Assembly (NCBI GenBank): GCA_051362555.1
Contig: CM120646.1
Span: 12,648,001 to 12,712,000 of the forward strand
Direction of reading: 5' to 3'
Source: Lingula anatina
Lineage: Eukaryota; Animalia; Brachiopoda
Length of the DNA: 64,000 nucleotides
Made by a program: the position numbers and the translations under genes. Shown piece after piece: positions 62,154-64,000 of this stretch. Below the pieces are notes generated by a model. It did no database searches and had not been told where the DNA came from. It saw only the letters and a list, made by a program, of their open reading frames with translations. Numbering within the stretch: position 1 is the stretch's first letter; the number at the start of each line of letters is the position of its first letter.

Positions 62154-63786
62154 TTTGATTTCTGGCTCATTCCAGAGTCAGTTTGGTTTATATTCGCATT
62201 TTCTTTGCGCTAATTTGTTCATTAAGTTTTTAAGTTTAATTCATCTCTCCTTCTCTCTCTCTCTCTCTCTCTCTCTGGCGACACATCTTCCATTCTGTGT
62301 ACGAGCACACGGAGATTCTGCCCTGACAGTTACTGCTTCCAAAGTGCTTTTTGAATCACTCATATCATCTCCTTAAAAATTCAATTTTAAATTAAGAACT
62401 AAAACTACTTTGAATCCTATCTTTAATTCTTCCAGCGTCTCAGATGTGCTATGTGTGTTCCTACACGATGTCTGGGGACCCTAGCCGGGACTATGAGTGT
62501 GTGAATGACCCGGCTAATGTGAAGACAGGGTCGGTGAAGATAATGTGTGATAAGTGGTGCACGGTACACAAAGTCACACAGCGAGGTGAGGTGTTTGGAA
62601 GCTTTGGTATTTTGACTATCTGTTTTAGAGAGAACTTATATAAACAACATGATTAGCTGATTGAAGGGAAAGGGTCGTGCACCAGTTTTTGCGTTTTTTC
62701 TTTTTTTTCTTTCTTTTTTTTTTTTTTTTTTTTTTTTTTGTTTTTGTCGCTAATCCTTATGTGTTAGCCTCTCCTTTCACACAATGTCTTTAAATTTTTT
62801 AATTAATGAGCTTGTTTCGGATAAAGAAATTATACTGTTTGTCTTGTGGTACAGATGGAAATGTTTTAGTTTTTCAATAGTTCTCCTGTTTCATGCAAAC
62901 GTTCATCCCCTTATCTGAAATGATGTCAAGTTGTCAATTTCCCTGGTACAGTTTGATAAAAAAAAAATCTGCTTCTGCGTGTATAACAATTGATCATGTT
63001 AAAATCTCTTGTCTGTTTACTATTTCTTGAGTATATACAGTTTGCGCTATATTATCCTTATCTTGTCTGGTAGCATAACAATTTTATCACAGAAGTAAAT
63101 GCGAGATGCCCCTTATGATTTTTTTCATGTAGTTGATATTTTGATTCTTTGGGAAAACTTAAATTCCGAATGTTTTCATTGCGAAGTCATTTCCGTTCGT
63201 GTTTCAATACTCTTTCTAGCCTTCTTAAATGAATAGTAGTACCGAATTTTTTTAACGTTTCATCAATATTACAGGTTGTTTAAACGGTAACTTGGCATAA
63301 TGAAGTAATACTGAATGTTGCTTACTGGTTTTAAGATACCAATTTATTAATATTGCATGTTGTTAAAATGGTTACTATAGGTATAATGAATTAACACTGA
63401 ATGTTATTAACTCACCTTTTAATAATGCTTTATTGGTATTGCATGTTGTTTAATTGGTAACTGGGCATATTGAGAATTAACTCGGTGCGGTACACTAACA
63501 CATTGCTGTTACAGGTTCTGGGAAGATCTGGTCTTTCTCCAGACAGTGCCAGGACCATCTTAAGGAACAATGCGTCGCTGGGCCGTACTATGAATACACC
63601 AGATCGTGTGACACCGACCTCTGCAACTCTGAGAACGGGGAGACTATTAAATGCAGTGACGTCGGACCTACTACTACTACTACTACTGGTGGTGGTGGTG
63701 GTGGTGGTGGTGGAATTAACTCTGTCTCCATCGCGCTCCTCGTTCTTACAACTTTGCTTACTGTTCTCGGTGCTTTGGTGGTTTAG
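61582..63786 (+). CDS. Ly6/uPAR protein 3, predicted GPI-anchored (164 aa)
   Basis: Exons 61582-61654 (signal), 62436-62585 (MCYVC..C..CDKWC), 63515-63786 (RQC..C..SCDTDLCN, T6G9 linker, hydrophobic tail, TAG). 495 nt in frame. Confidence 0.87.
63274..63483. repeat. Degenerate ~85-bp tandem repeat (~2.5 copies) in an intron
   Basis: Recurrent gttgtt(t/a)aa..ggt(a/t)act..g(c/t)at..ga..taa..ctgaatgtt units. Confidence 0.65.
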
Positions 63787-64000
63787 AAACGCCTTAGTGA
63801 TTGTTTTGCCATGTTTATTGTTAACTAATCATAAAAATGTTAGTCAAATGTGATATTTTCTATAATCTCTATTGAGCAACCGACTTTCCTTTACAAAGAC
63901 TCATTTAGACTAAGACCATCTGAGAACTTTTTAATTGTAGTTTTTCAAAGACTAAGATCTGTACCAGGATGTGTGTCTGGCCAACCAACCTGCTATATAC

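Noticed and set aside
63470-63853. 127-aa ORF with poly-Leu/poly-Val
   Set aside because: Wrong frame of Ly6 protein 3 exon 3; the Cys-pattern frame fits the splice phase.

Overview
AT-rich, intron-containing animal genomic DNA; the gene families, microsatellites and transposons suggest a lophotrochozoan/mollusc-like invertebrate (inference). I assembled exons by hand from GT-AG sites and phase. In order: two tandem minus-strand MAM-domain/mucin-stalk type I membrane protein genes; a plus-strand TTC25/ODAD4 gene with an RFX/forkhead-type promoter and two alternative last exons; decayed CR1/L2 LINE fragments; two tandem intronless clan-3 cytochrome P450 genes that both carry Asn in place of the I-helix acid residue; and a young 5'-truncated L1/Tx1 LINE with an intact ORF2 and a 12-bp TSD. 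Next is a tandem array of three 5-exon genes plus one relic. These encode secreted ~250-270 aa Trp/Cys-rich proteins made only of a domain resembling the non-catalytic C-terminal extension of some invertebrate and Pseudoalteromonas alpha-amylases. This array is the best candidate for an undescribed system. The window ends with three Ly6/uPAR (three-finger, quiver-like) GPI-type genes. Several MITEs are present, three with empty sites visible in paralogous copies. Family assignments come from motif recognition, not database searches.
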